A stretch of 64,000 nt of DNA, taken from positions 1-64,000 of IMG/VR virus record IMGVR_UViG_3300012956_000018, one strand, 5' to 3'. Shown here piece after piece: positions 1 to 10,700 of the stretch. A model generated the notes under the pieces. The model searched no databases. It was not told the DNA's origin and worked only from the letters and a program-made list of their open reading frames with translations. Position 1 is the first letter of the stretch, and the number at the start of each line of letters is the position of its first letter. A program made the position numbers and the translations under genes. The DNA comes from a virus. Its lineage: Duplodnaviria > Caudoviricetes.

Positions 1-124
1 TACTAAATTAGGATGTCTGATAGATACTCCGAAGAGATTAAATTGTTGGTGTTGTAGTCATACTCGTAGCAGAGAAGGTAGAACTATTCAAGAATTACGT
101 CATGGATGGGGCAAGAGAGTATAA
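1..124 (+). CDS. 3' end of a hypothetical protein (truncated by window edge)
   Basis: Open frame from base 2 (TKLGCLIDTPKRLNCWCCSH...GWGKRV) ends in TAA at 122-124, overlapping the next ATG. Confidence 0.5.
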   Translation, partial: TKLGCLIDTPKRLNCWCCSHTRSREGRTIQELRHGWGKRV

Positions 125-258
125 TGCCTGAATTATTATTCCATTGGATAAATATCCATAGTAAACATATTAGTGTCTCTAATGAATGTTATAATTTTAA
201 ATTCGTATTAATACCTGCAGCATCTAATGATTTAATATTTGCTAAAGTAGATAGATAA
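124..258 (+). CDS. small hypothetical protein (44 aa)
   Basis: ATG overlaps the upstream TAA and its TAA overlaps the next ATG (TAATG coupling at both ends); MPELLFHWINIH...KVDR. Not in the supplied ORF track. Confidence 0.5.
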   Translation: MPELLFHWINIHSKHISVSNECYNFKFVLIPAASNDLIFAKVDR

Positions 259-521
259 TGCCGTCAATTAGCAATCTAGGTAGTGAATTAGATCTTATCC
301 TAAGACGAGGATCAACATTCGGCCCAGTTACATTAACTCTAACTAATCCAGATACAACTACAGTAAATTTAACTGGACTAAGTTTTAGTGCTAGTATAAA
401 GAGATCAAGATCAGATTCTAGTATACTGCTTGCATTTAATTTATCTGTGATAAGTGCACCTGCTGGTACTGTGGTAAGAATGGTAACTGGGTCATTTATT
501 AAATATCGAACAATAACTTAA
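258..521 (+). CDS. virion-associated beta-sandwich protein, possibly internally shortened
   Basis: LDLILRRGSTFGPVTLTLTNPD...NLTG resembles the LDL.I.QG.TF...NLTG start of common phage tail/baseplate accessory proteins. Confidence 0.5.
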   Translation: MPSISNLGSELDLILRRGSTFGPVTLTLTNPDTTTVNLTGLSFSASIKRSRSDSSILLAFNLSVISAPAGTVVRMVTGSFIKYRTIT

Positions 522-536
522 TACTTGGAGATAATT

Positions 537-1028
537 ATGTCTCACTGGACATGGAAATACTGGTGGAATAAAGATACTATAGGAGTTGCTGTAGCTATAC
601 CATGTATTATTTTATTGGCATGGGTAATAAGTATATTATTCTTTGATAAGCCAGTTACTAAATTGGCATCTATATCAATTATTGTTTCAGCAATTATAGT
701 ATGTTATTTAGTAGTAGACAGATCGGATAGTTCTTGGAAGTTTGTAGCTGCTCTAGCTGTGGCAGTATTTATGGGTATATCCCTAATGGGGTGTGCTACT
801 CATACTCCATCTATTAGTTTTGGAGTAGGATATCAAATAGACAAACAGACTGTAGGAGATAATCCTGCAGGAGTAGTTAGTTTGAAGATGCCTATATGGA
901 CTAGTGAAAGATGTGTAAATTACTCATACATATATGGTGAATACTTGCATATCTCTTCAGTTCCTAATTTCTTTGACAAATCTACTGTAGATCAGGCTAA
1001 CTTAATGTTCTCTATTCCATTAAGATAA
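537..1028 (+). CDS. membrane protein (about 3 TM helices plus internal lipobox-like LMGC)
   Basis: GGAG RBS upstream of ATG 537; three hydrophobic segments followed by a soluble domain. Confidence 0.6.
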   Translation: MSHWTWKYWWNKDTIGVAVAIPCIILLAWVISILFFDKPVTKLASISIIVSAIIVCYLVVDRSDSSWKFVAALAVAVFMGISLMGCATHTPSISFGVGYQIDKQTVGDNPAGVVSLKMPIWTSERCVNYSYIYGEYLHISSVPNFFDKSTVDQANLMFSIPLR

Positions 1029-1065
1029 TCATGTTCATCAATAGTTTTATTGAGAGATAAGATTA

Positions 1066-4000
1066 ATGTACAAGATACCTAAAGGATTTCATTTTCTAAG
1101 AGAATCAGGACTAGCAGTGCCTGGTACTCCTGTGTCTAGACGTATCGCTGAGAGACTTACCCTAACTGAGGCTAAGTCTAATGGGCAATTACGTATTGTG
1201 CTACCTGCTACTGTATTGGATACTGAAAATCTGAATCATAGAACGTATCCTACTAAGGTAATGAAGAAAGCTATAGAAAGTAAAGAATTTAGAGCTAAGA
1301 TGGAAGGAGGGTACCTTCTGTGCTCAGGAGACGATCACCCAGATACTCCATATGTAAAGCCTATTCTAGCTAGTCACTTAGTTACAAATGCTTTTATAAA
1401 GAAGATTGAGGGTGTTAGCTACTTAATGAATGAGTGGTTGACTTTACCTACTGACAATGGTCGTAATCTTCGTGGAGTATTCGAAGGTGGAGCCGCTATT
1501 GGAGTATCAATAAGAGGATTCGGTAGATCTGCAGATAATGAGTCTTCAGCATCTGGGGTTATTGAGGAGTATGAATACTTAGGTACTGATGCTGTCGGAG
1601 AGCCATCAGCTAAATTATACGCTGGTATTAAAGTCCCTCATGTAGAGGTCTTAGAATGTGTTACTCCTAAGATTACTCTAAGCGAGTCTAGAGCTATAGT
1701 AGAAGACCGTAAGCACTATAATGATAAAGATGAGTGGGTAAAAGATGTTGTCAGATTAGGTCTTAAATTAAATGCTGATAAAGACACAGCATGGAATCCA
1801 GATATTCCTGAAGTAACACGAGCATCTTGGATGGCCAATCATAATCGAGGATGGATTATCGAAGCATCCATTAGTACCTTAGGATCAAGTGATTATGATA
1901 ATTTCGATGATTGGAAAGGTGATGCTTTAGATAAGGGATATGATGTTAGTAATGATAATGGAGTGTTCTACGCATCACGTAATGGCGATGTAAGAGGAGC
2001 TTTTGACAAGAATAGCAACTCTGGATATTTAGAATCTAGAATTGTTGAATCTATGGAAGTAGGAAAAAGAGTAAAAGTAATTACTCAGGATTCTCCATAT
2101 TACAATAAGTCGGGTAAGATTGTTAAGTCTTACATTGTAAGTAATGATCGCGGATCAATGAGATATGGTGTAGTGTTCGATGACGGATCAGCTAGCGATT
2201 TCTGGTATAGAGATTTAGTAGAAGAGTCTTTTACTAAAGATAATGAAGGATGGTGTGTTGTTACTGCTGGTAACAAAGTGAAAGCTGGCCCGTATACTTA
2301 TAAGAATGATGCTAGAACTGTTATAGATAGAAACCCTAACTGGGAAGGGTTATCTATACTTTGGGGCACAAAAGACTCTAATAATTCTTACGTTAAAACT
2401 TCAGCTAGTGATACTAGAAATTCTGAAGCCACTGAGTGTGGAGGAGATCTTCCACCTGCTCCAATCATCAAGAAAGATGATGAAGAAGATACTCATGAAT
2501 CAGTAAAAGAAGCATTTTATTCAAATAAAGATGCTTGGATTAATGATATGAAAGAACATGGGGCTGCTAGCTTTGAAGAAGATGGTAGTGCTGTATATGC
2601 CTATTCTTCTGAAAAGAAAATACTAGGTGTTTGGAGTAATACTGAAAATCAAGGAATAACTATAGGAGAATCCAAATCCTATGCTGTAGGCGACAGAATC
2701 TCATGGAAAGATATAGCATATGGATCAGTAAGCGATACTCAACAAGCATCAGGAAAGATAGTCGATATTCAAGGCTCAAATATTACAGTAGTGAGAGATG
2801 ACGATAATTCTACTGAAATAATTGATGTATCTTCGATTAATGAAGCTAGAGATAAAAAGTCTTATAAAGTAGGAGATACTATTTATTGGGATGAAGAAGA
2901 CCCAGGAGAAATATTAGGAAGATTCACAACTATGTCAGGAATGGTGACTGATGTACAGAGAAATGGATATATAGTAAGGCGAGATGATGATGATACTGAA
3001 GAATTGATTCAGTTTTCCTGGGTTAATGAGGCTGTTTATTCTGATTTTAATGCATGGAAGATTGGAGCTTCTTCGTTTGGAGCAGTGACATTTACCACTA
3101 AAGACGATGATGAGTATGCTCAAGATCCTAATAAGAAGATAGTTGGTATATGGTCTAGTAAGATGAAGAAAGGATTAACAGGTAGTGGAGTGGAAGCTAT
3201 GATTAGTAGACTAGAGTCTAAGAGTGTATTTAAAGAGTGGATAGATAATTATTACCTAGTAAAGAAGACCGCTACTACCGCTCCAGGTGGAGATGATGGT
3301 CACACTCATAATTATGACCCATTAATTAAGCACGGTATCACAGGCCCAGGTGGACCCGATAGCCATACTCATGTATTTAGTATCTCACTAGGTGAGACTG
3401 CTCCAGGAGGTACTGATGGTCATACTCATTTAATGGATTTTGCTATAGTACCTGTTGAATCTTTAATTAAATCTTCTAATAAAGATAAACATAGTTTAAT
3501 AGAGAATATTAATTCTTTAGTTAGCCATGTTCACCCATCTGATTTTAATGCTATATTAACAGTAGCTAAAAATTATTTAGGGTATTTAGCTAAGGATAGT
3601 ATTAGTATAGAGAGTGTTTTGAATAAGGCTCATTGGAAGACTCTTGAGTCTATGCAAAATGTATTATGCAATTCTAAATTTTCTTATATTACTCATAGTT
3701 CTATTTCCAATACAGAGGCAAGTAAGATGAAGAAGATAAAAGAGGAAATATTAGGAGGTGATGAAGTATCTATTCAGTCGCCAAATCCTAATAATGCTAC
3801 TGCAGATAAGGATAGTGCAGATACGCTAGGTGGAGATTCTTCTGATGAGAATCAGGATCAAGGACCACTAAATGCTACTGCTGACGAAGATGATGCTCCA
3901 TTATTAGGAGGCGATTCGTCTACTAGTCAAGATGAATCTGATAATAATAGTACATCAGAGTCAAAAAAGAAATTGAAAGAAGACATATTAGATGCTGATG

Positions 4001-5265
4001 CTGGTGGTCAAGATGCAGCTGATTCAAACAAATTAGCCGATGATGATAAGGACGAGCTACCTGTGCCGCCTATATCAGAAGGAGCATTAGGCGGCCATCC
4101 AGTTGCTGCTAGTATTATTTCTACTAATCAACATGATAGGGTTATGAGAGTAGTTCCTAATAATCCTGATCACTGGCAGTTAGTAAGAGATATTCTCAAA
4201 GCTAATGGAGCTACCCTGGCTCCTGATGTGCCTGGTGAAGTTAGAGTAGTAGTACCAGCAGGAGTGCTTGATCCTATGAGTCATTATCACATCAATGATG
4301 TCTCAGCTAATCCGCTACCAGTAAGTCCTGCTGCTATGGACTCAGTAAGAAACATTGTATCAGCAGTTATATCCAAGAATGGTAAAGCTGCAGGTATGCG
4401 TAAGCTGATTTCTATAGAATCTGAGCTTAGTCAGCTGAAGGATGTCAAGAAATTGTCTGAAGGAGTAAAGAATTTAGATAATATTAAGAATGAATTATTT
4501 GGATCTTCACTTGCGCCTGATAGAGATAGTAAAATGATGAAGACGGAAAAGATATCCGATGATGTAAATAATCTAGCAAAAATTATTGTCGAGGCATCTA
4601 AGATAGTATCTTCACTAGAGAAATCTAGTGTATCTCCTGAAGTAATGGCTTCAGTTAAGTCACTAGTAGAGTATGTTCAAAATTGTGAGGATTTAGTGGC
4701 TAGAGGGGCGTCTTTACTAGATACTAAAGATAAAGAAGTCTCCAAGTTAATAGAAGGTCTTCACAGTGTGTTTGTCACCGATACTCCAGTAAAGAATCTA
4801 AGTGAAGCTCTAGATATTATTCAACAGAGTGGAAAGATGATCGGTGGATTAAAATCCCAGTTGAATGATGCTAGTAATAGGACTACTACTATAATGACTC
4901 TTATCGATAATATAAGAGTATTTTACCGTAAAGAATTTAATACACTCAAGAAGCGTAATGAAGCTAGCACCAAGCTAGTCGAAGCACTACGATCCCGAAT
5001 AAGACTCATGGTAGATACTAAGGAATCTTCTAAGTACGATGCTCCTAAGGATATTGCTGAAGCTGCTGACGCAGTTATTGCTAAATATCCTGCTCTTCGC
5101 ATATTCCGAGAAGAGTTGATTAAGATAGCTAAGAAGTCAGACGATGTTCATGGTCTTGCTAAGAAGTATCTTGGAATTCGCGAGACTAGTATTAGCTATA
5201 CTGAAGCTAAGGATACTCGTAAATCAGGAACAGGTGAGAGAAGCATAGTTCCTGGCATGATTTAA
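1066..5265 (+). CDS. prohead core protease (T4 gp21-like) fused to repeated cargo modules and an acidic/coiled-coil scaffold
   Basis: N-terminal ~200 aa has ENLNHRTYP, DHP...ASH and GVSIRGFG (catalytic His/Ser motifs of gp21-type proteases); the rest is modular with many (I/L/V)xE-S/A sites; directly upstream of the MCP. Confidence 0.85.
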   Translation: MYKIPKGFHFLRESGLAVPGTPVSRRIAERLTLTEAKSNGQLRIVLPATVLDTENLNHRTYPTKVMKKAIESKEFRAKMEGGYLLCSGDDHPDTPYVKPILASHLVTNAFIKKIEGVSYLMNEWLTLPTDNGRNLRGVFEGGAAIGVSIRGFGRSADNESSASGVIEEYEYLGTDAVGEPSAKLYAGIKVPHVEVLECVTPKITLSESRAIVEDRKHYNDKDEWVKDVVRLGLKLNADKDTAWNPDIPEVTRASWMANHNRGWIIEASISTLGSSDYDNFDDWKGDALDKGYDVSNDNGVFYASRNGDVRGAFDKNSNSGYLESRIVESMEVGKRVKVITQDSPYYNKSGKIVKSYIVSNDRGSMRYGVVFDDGSASDFWYRDLVEESFTKDNEGWCVVTAGNKVKAGPYTYKNDARTVIDRNPNWEGLSILWGTKDSNNSYVKTSASDTRNSEATECGGDLPPAPIIKKDDEEDTHESVKEAFYSNKDAWINDMKEHGAASFEEDGSAVYAYSSEKKILGVWSNTENQGITIGESKSYAVGDRISWKDIAYGSVSDTQQASGKIVDIQGSNITVVRDDDNSTEIIDVSSINEARDKKSYKVGDTIYWDEEDPGEILGRFTTMSGMVTDVQRNGYIVRRDDDDTEELIQFSWVNEAVYSDFNAWKIGASSFGAVTFTTKDDDEYAQDPNKKIVGIWSSKMKKGLTGSGVEAMISRLESKSVFKEWIDNYYLVKKTATTAPGGDDGHTHNYDPLIKHGITGPGGPDSHTHVFSISLGETAPGGTDGHTHLMDFAIVPVESLIKSSNKDKHSLIENINSLVSHVHPSDFNAILTVAKNYLGYLAKDSISIESVLNKAHWKTLESMQNVLCNSKFSYITHSSISNTEASKMKKIKEEILGGDEVSIQSPNPNNATADKDSADTLGGDSSDENQDQGPLNATADEDDAPLLGGDSSTSQDESDNNSTSESKKKLKEDILDADAGGQDAADSNKLADDDKDELPVPPISEGALGGHPVAASIISTNQHDRVMRVVPNNPDHWQLVRDILKANGATLAPDVPGEVRVVVPAGVLDPMSHYHINDVSANPLPVSPAAMDSVRNIVSAVISKNGKAAGMRKLISIESELSQLKDVKKLSEGVKNLDNIKNELFGSSLAPDRDSKMMKTEKISDDVNNLAKIIVEASKIVSSLEKSSVSPEVMASVKSLVEYVQNCEDLVARGASLLDTKDKEVSKLIEGLHSVFVTDTPVKNLSEALDIIQQSGKMIGGLKSQLNDASNRTTTIMTLIDNIRVFYRKEFNTLKKRNEASTKLVEALRSRIRLMVDTKESSKYDAPKDIAEAADAVIAKYPALRIFREELIKIAKKSDDVHGLAKKYLGIRETSISYTEAKDTRKSGTGERSIVPGMI

Positions 5266-5294
5266 TACCTGTGTTTTATTTGGAGATTATATAA

Positions 5295-6746
5295 ATGGAC
5301 TCGATTATTACTGAAATCGCTGGTGGCAATCGTCTTGTTACTGAGAGTAATAGAGATGCTGATGCCGAAAGAGCCCTTCTTAAAGAAGGATATGATGTTA
5401 TCGAAACTCATCCTAAGTGGAGAGATCGTTACCGTAGTTTAGTAGAGAAGGTGGATAAAGGCAATCTACGTGAAAGACGAGTTGCTGCTTCTACTTTCGT
5501 CGTTATGAGAAATCAGGAAAATTACCTGAATACTCTTAATGAAGCTACTATTATGAATTCTCTGGGGCCTCTAGCTCCTAGTGTGATGGATATTGTTCGC
5601 ATATTCTTCCCGAATATGATAGCAAATCTCATTGCTGAGATTCAGCCTATCGCTCAGCCTAATAGCTCAGTGTTAACTGTAAAGCCTCGCTATACTAACA
5701 GCGGTGGTGGAGTTAATGCTGGAGATGAAGTGTTTAAGAAAGGTACTGATGGCAATTATGCGTCGGATACTGTTACTTGGGCTCTAGGTACTGGTAATGC
5801 TGTTGCGACCAACTTCACTGCCACCCTCACTCCAGCTCCTATCCGTCCAGGCACTGTGAGAGTGTATGTGAATGGAGCAAGTATTGCTGCTGATAACGGT
5901 GATGGAGGGTTCCATGGAGCTGCTCTTAGTACCGGTACATTGAACTATACTTCTGGCGCTATTAGTGTAACTTTCGGCACTGCTCCAGCTGCTGCTGCTG
6001 CTATTACCTTAGAGTATAGGTACGATTATGAAATCAATGTTGACAATCTGAGAGGATTGGATATTGGTCTCAATCTTGTGCCTGTTAATGCCAAGCCTCA
6101 TCCTTTGAAACTGACTTGGTCAGTAGCGTCACAACTAGCTGCTCAGGCTCAGTATTCACTGGATGTTGAATCTACTCTTGCTGATCTAGCAGCTCAGTTT
6201 ATTCGTAAGGAGAGAGACTGGGCTCTTGTTAGCAGGATCTCTAATGCTGCGACTGCTGTGACTGATCTTAATTTTGATGCCACTGTCCCTAATAGTGGTA
6301 ATGCTCTTACTAAGAAGCAGCACTATCAGGATTGGGGTCTGAAGTTACGTCGTGCATCGAGCTTTATTTATAATAAGAATCAGAGAGGTAATGTTAGTTT
6401 CGTGTTAGCAGGCATCAATGCTGCTGACGTGATTAGTGCTCAGGCTAACTTTATTCCTGAGCCAACTGTTGTTCCAATCGGTGCTTACAAGATCGGTACC
6501 CTTGATGGTGTAGTGGATGTCATTCTTGATGCTTCTATGGATGCGAATACCTATGTGTTCGGATTCCGTGGTATGCAGCTGGGTGATGCTGCTATGATCA
6601 TTGCTGAGTGGATTCCTATCTTCGTAACTCCAACTTGGCAGTCGCCAAATCTGCAGGGTCAGCAGGGCTTACTCAGTATGTATGATTACTTACTGAATAA
6701 TCCTGACTACTATGCTAAGGGCACTCTGTCTGGTTATACTGCTTAA
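5295..6746 (+). CDS. major capsid protein (T4 gp23-like) with an inserted beta-rich domain
   Basis: IVRIFFPNMIANLIAEIQPI, VPVNAKPHPLKLTWSVASQLAAQAQYSLDVE and YKIGTLDG match gp23-family patterns; propeptide with LVTE-S and LNE-A sites; GGAG RBS; hairpin terminator downstream. Confidence 0.92.
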   Translation: MDSIITEIAGGNRLVTESNRDADAERALLKEGYDVIETHPKWRDRYRSLVEKVDKGNLRERRVAASTFVVMRNQENYLNTLNEATIMNSLGPLAPSVMDIVRIFFPNMIANLIAEIQPIAQPNSSVLTVKPRYTNSGGGVNAGDEVFKKGTDGNYASDTVTWALGTGNAVATNFTATLTPAPIRPGTVRVYVNGASIAADNGDGGFHGAALSTGTLNYTSGAISVTFGTAPAAAAAITLEYRYDYEINVDNLRGLDIGLNLVPVNAKPHPLKLTWSVASQLAAQAQYSLDVESTLADLAAQFIRKERDWALVSRISNAATAVTDLNFDATVPNSGNALTKKQHYQDWGLKLRRASSFIYNKNQRGNVSFVLAGINAADVISAQANFIPEPTVVPIGAYKIGTLDGVVDVILDASMDANTYVFGFRGMQLGDAAMIIAEWIPIFVTPTWQSPNLQGQQGLLSMYDYLLNNPDYYAKGTLSGYTA

Positions 6747-6760
6747 TATAGTAAAGTAAT

Positions 6761-6806
6761 AGAGATCGAGAGATTCAAGGAAGAGTCTCTCGATTCTCTT
6801 ATTTAT
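6761..6806 (+). terminator. rho-independent terminator after the MCP
   Basis: TCGAGAGATTC-AAGGAA-GAGTCTCTCGA stem-loop followed by a T-rich tract. Confidence 0.75.
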
Positions 6807-6817
6807 AGGAGATTTCG

Positions 6818-7225
6818 ATGTCAGATAAAAAATATTTTAGATATAGGCATGCTAGTGGATCTGTATGCCAAGCTAATGGGATAGATATTCCTGCTATTGG
6901 TCTTTATACTGAGACAAGATTACCTCAACTCGACTCATTAGTGGGCTTCAGTTTAGTATGTACTGAGGAAGAATCTCTGCCAATATCAGCCGATAATAGT
7001 CCTCCAGTAACTTCGGCTAAGACTTCTGATGGTCAGAATATACTGGTGCCTAAAGATTCTTCTGTATTACCAGAAGAGCCAGTAGTTTATGATTATTCAG
7101 AAATTGAATTACGTAAATTAGGAATGTCTGAACTTAGAGAGATAGCTAATTTACACGCTGTATCTGGCAGATCTGCTGATTCGATTATTGAGAAATTGAA
7201 AGAGAAGAAGTTAGTTGGTCCTTAA
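6818..7225 (+). CDS. hypothetical protein with C-terminal Rho-N/HeH-like helix pair
   Basis: ELRKLGMSELREIANLHAVSGRSADSIIEKL; small proteins of this type often follow capsid genes. Confidence 0.6.
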   Translation: MSDKKYFRYRHASGSVCQANGIDIPAIGLYTETRLPQLDSLVGFSLVCTEEESLPISADNSPPVTSAKTSDGQNILVPKDSSVLPEEPVVYDYSEIELRKLGMSELREIANLHAVSGRSADSIIEKLKEKKLVGP

Positions 7226-7255
7226 ATATGTTAACTAGTAAATTTGGAGTAAATT

Positions 7256-7606
7256 ATGTTAATTGATATTAATACAGCTCTCACTACTCTTGATGGCCAG
7301 AAGATGTTTGAGGCTAGAAGAGATAAAGATGGTAACGATATTCGTGAAGCTGTGACTCTTCGTAATATTTGTATCGGAGCTCTATTAGCTGAGACTAAGA
7401 ATCCTGTAGCAGGTGAAATTAAATTCAAAAGGTATCAACTAGCTACTAAAATACAAAGCTCAGAAAGAGAAATAAATCTATCATCTGACGAAATTGTTAT
7501 GCTAAAAGAGCTAATCGGTCAGAATTTTATAACTTTGGTAGTGGGAAGAGCATATGATTTACTTGAAGGCGGAGCTGCAATAACTAATAAGTCTGTAGCA
7601 GCATAA
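7256..7606 (+). CDS. conserved phage hypothetical protein
   Basis: KFKRYQLATKI...EIVMLKELIG...VVGRAYDLLE; GGAG RBS. Confidence 0.65.
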   Translation: MLIDINTALTTLDGQKMFEARRDKDGNDIREAVTLRNICIGALLAETKNPVAGEIKFKRYQLATKIQSSEREINLSSDEIVMLKELIGQNFITLVVGRAYDLLEGGAAITNKSVAA

Positions 7607-7613
7607 TATAATA

Positions 7614-7649
7614 TGAGAATGGGCAGATTCCTATTCTGCCCATATCTCA
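7614..7649 (+). terminator. stem-loop, probable terminator
   Basis: TGAGA-ATGGGCAGA/TCTGCCCAT-A-TCTCA inverted repeat just after a stop codon. Confidence 0.65.
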
Positions 7650-7729
7650 ATTGTGACTTATCTATACTCCTGAATATTAATTATTATAATAGTATCTTAT
7701 AAATACGAATTCTGTTGGAGTAATATACA

Positions 7730-10700
7730 ATGGCTGATGGAACACGATTAAATGATGGTACTGGTGGCGATCTAATAGCTACTGATGATATCACTGGAGG
7801 TGGAGTAGCTAATAATCAGAAAGTGCAGAGAATTAAAGTAGGGTTTGGTACTGATAATAATTATGTAGACGTAGATGCTACTACCAATAGACTACCTGTA
7901 GATATTCAATCTATTCCAGCTGGCACTAACAATATAGGTGACATAGACGTATTAACTCTACCGTCAGCTACAGTAGCTGGAACTACATCGAAGACTGCTG
8001 ATTTAGATACTGGAGTAGGCACCGATAATGTTATGTTAGTTGGCCTAGCTCTACCTGCTTCAGGTGGAGCAGTAGTAGGCGGCTCTTCTGCTAATCCTAT
8101 ACGTGTCGATCCAGTAGGCACTACTCCTCAGCCAGTATCTGGCACTGTTACCGTAAATCCTCATGATGTAGGATCTATTACTGTAGGAGTAGTTCCAGGA
8201 GTAGGGTCGACTAATCTAGGTAAGGCTGAAGATGCTGCTCATTCTTCTGGCGATACTGGTGTTATGTTACTGGCTGTTAGACGAGATGTAGCAACAGCTG
8301 GTGTAAATGCAGATGGTGATTATGCTGCACTATCTATAACTTCTACTGGATCATTAAGAGTAGACGCATCTGGATCAAACATTCCAATTACTGATGCTGG
8401 CGGATCTCTCACTGTAGATGCCCCTGTAGGTACTCCAGTTAACGTACAAATAGGCGATGGAATTAGAACAGCTAGTGTTAGAGATACTGGGGCTAGCGAT
8501 TCACTTAACGTTGCTATAGTAGATGCTGCAGGTAATCAGATAGTTAATTTTGGAGGATCTGGAGGAGGCACCCAATACCAAGAAGATAATCCTCATGCTT
8601 CTGGTGATACTGGCACTGTTGCTTTAGTAGTAAGAAGAGATACCCCTATATCTTCATCTAATCTAGATGGAGACTACTCAGTACTATCAGTAAATAGTGT
8701 AGGCAGATTATATACTAGTGCTACTATAGACTCAGCACTACCTGCTGGAAGTAATGCTATAGGTAGCGTGAGTATTAATGCGGCTTTACCTACCGGCACT
8801 AATACTGTAGGATCCATAGCCAGTGTCACTACTTCCATAACTCCAGGTACTGCTGCAGCTAACTTAGGTAAGGCTGAAGATGCTGTTCATACTTCTGGAG
8901 ATACAGGAGTACTATCTCTAGCTGTGCGTAGAGATTCAGTTGCATCAGGAACTAGTGCTGATGGTGACTACGCTACTTTAAATGTTAATTCGTCTGGCAG
9001 ACTCTATACTACTGCTACTATCGATACTGCCTTGCCGGCAGGATCAAATACTATAGGTAATGTTGGAATATCTTCAGCTATTCCTGCAGGCACTAACAAT
9101 ATAGGCGACGTGGATGTCTTGACAGTAGTAACAGGCACTGGCCCGACTAATCTAGGTAAGGCTGTAGATGCTGTTGCTGGAGCTACTGATACTGGTGTAG
9201 CTGCTCTAGCTGTGAGAGATGATGCTTTAGCTGCTTTGGCTGTTGCTGATGGCGACTATACTCATCTTAGAGTAACCTCTACTGGAGCTCTATGGGTAGA
9301 AGTTACTAATGGCATTAATGGAGTTAATGAAGATACTCCTCAGGTAGATGGCGGTGAGGCTTTGCCAGTCTTAGCTGTCAGAAGAGACGTAGCTGCATCA
9401 GGAGTAACTGCTGATGGTGATTATGCTTATCTATCAGTAGATGCATCAGGAGCATTAAGAGTAACTGGTGGCGGATCTGGAGCTCAGTATGTAGAAGATA
9501 CTCCGTCGACTGGGGCTGAATCATTAACATTAGTAGGAGCAGTTCGTCAGGATACTTTAGCTACTAGTACTAGTGCTGATGGTGATTATGCTAATTTAAA
9601 AGTTGCTGCTAATGGTAGACTGTATACTTCTTCAACTATAGATGCTGCTTTGCCAACAGGTGGTAATACCATCGGTTCAATTTCTAGTATAGCTACCTCA
9701 GTTACTCCAGGTACTGCTGCAGCTAACTTAGGTAAGGCTGTGGATTCTGCTCTAGGAGCTACTGATACTGGTGTAGCTGCTCTAGCTGTGAGGGATGATG
9801 CTCTATCTGCTCTTACTCCTGCTGATAATGACTATACGAATTTAAGAGTTAATTCTACTGGAGCTCTATGGGTTGCTGTGTCGAATGGAGTCCCGGCTAG
9901 AGCAGAGGACTCTGCCCAAGTAGATGGTGGAGATGGCGTAGCCATGTTAGCTGTCCGTAGAGATTCGGCTACATCTGGGGTAAGTGCTGACGGTGACTAT
10001 GCGTATTTATCAGTAGATGCTAATGGAGCATTACGTGTTGCTGGTGGGGGTGGAGGTACTCAATTTGCTGAAGATGCTGCCCATACTTCAGGAGATCTAG
10101 GAACATTAGCTCTAGTAGTCAGGCAAGATACTCTAGCATCTAGTACTTCTGCTGATGGCGATTATGCTGCACTTAAAGTGTCATCTGTAGGCAGACTATA
10201 CACTACTGCAGTTCTCGATACCGCACTACCAGCTGGTACTAATAATATCGGAGATGTGGATGTATTAACATTGCCTGTCTTACCTGCCGGTGATAACAAT
10301 ATTGGTAATGTAGATATTGTTACTCTTCCTGCTTTACCTGCGGGCACTAATAATATTGGTGATGTAGATGTCCTTACACTACCTGCATTACCGGCGGGTA
10401 CTAATAATATAGGTGACGTAGATGTACTCACCCTCCCAGCTATTCCTGCTGGTACTAATACTATAGGTAATGTTGGAATTGCTCCTAGAACTTCAGGCGG
10501 GCTATCTATATCTAGAAGTATTAATATACAATCAGCATCTTCATTAAACGTAAAAGCAAGTGCTGGCCAACTATATGGGTATTATCTATTCAATGCTGCG
10601 GCTTCTGTAAGATATGTTAAGATATATAATGCTACATCAGCGGTTGCTGGTACCGGTAATCCGGTGATTACTATACCGTTGCCTGCTGGAGCTGGAGCTA

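Noticed and set aside
7698-7705. T4-type late promoter TATAAATA upstream of ORF 7730
   Set aside because: Only one such occurrence noticed in an AT-rich genome, and it was not seen before the protease, MCP or sheath genes.
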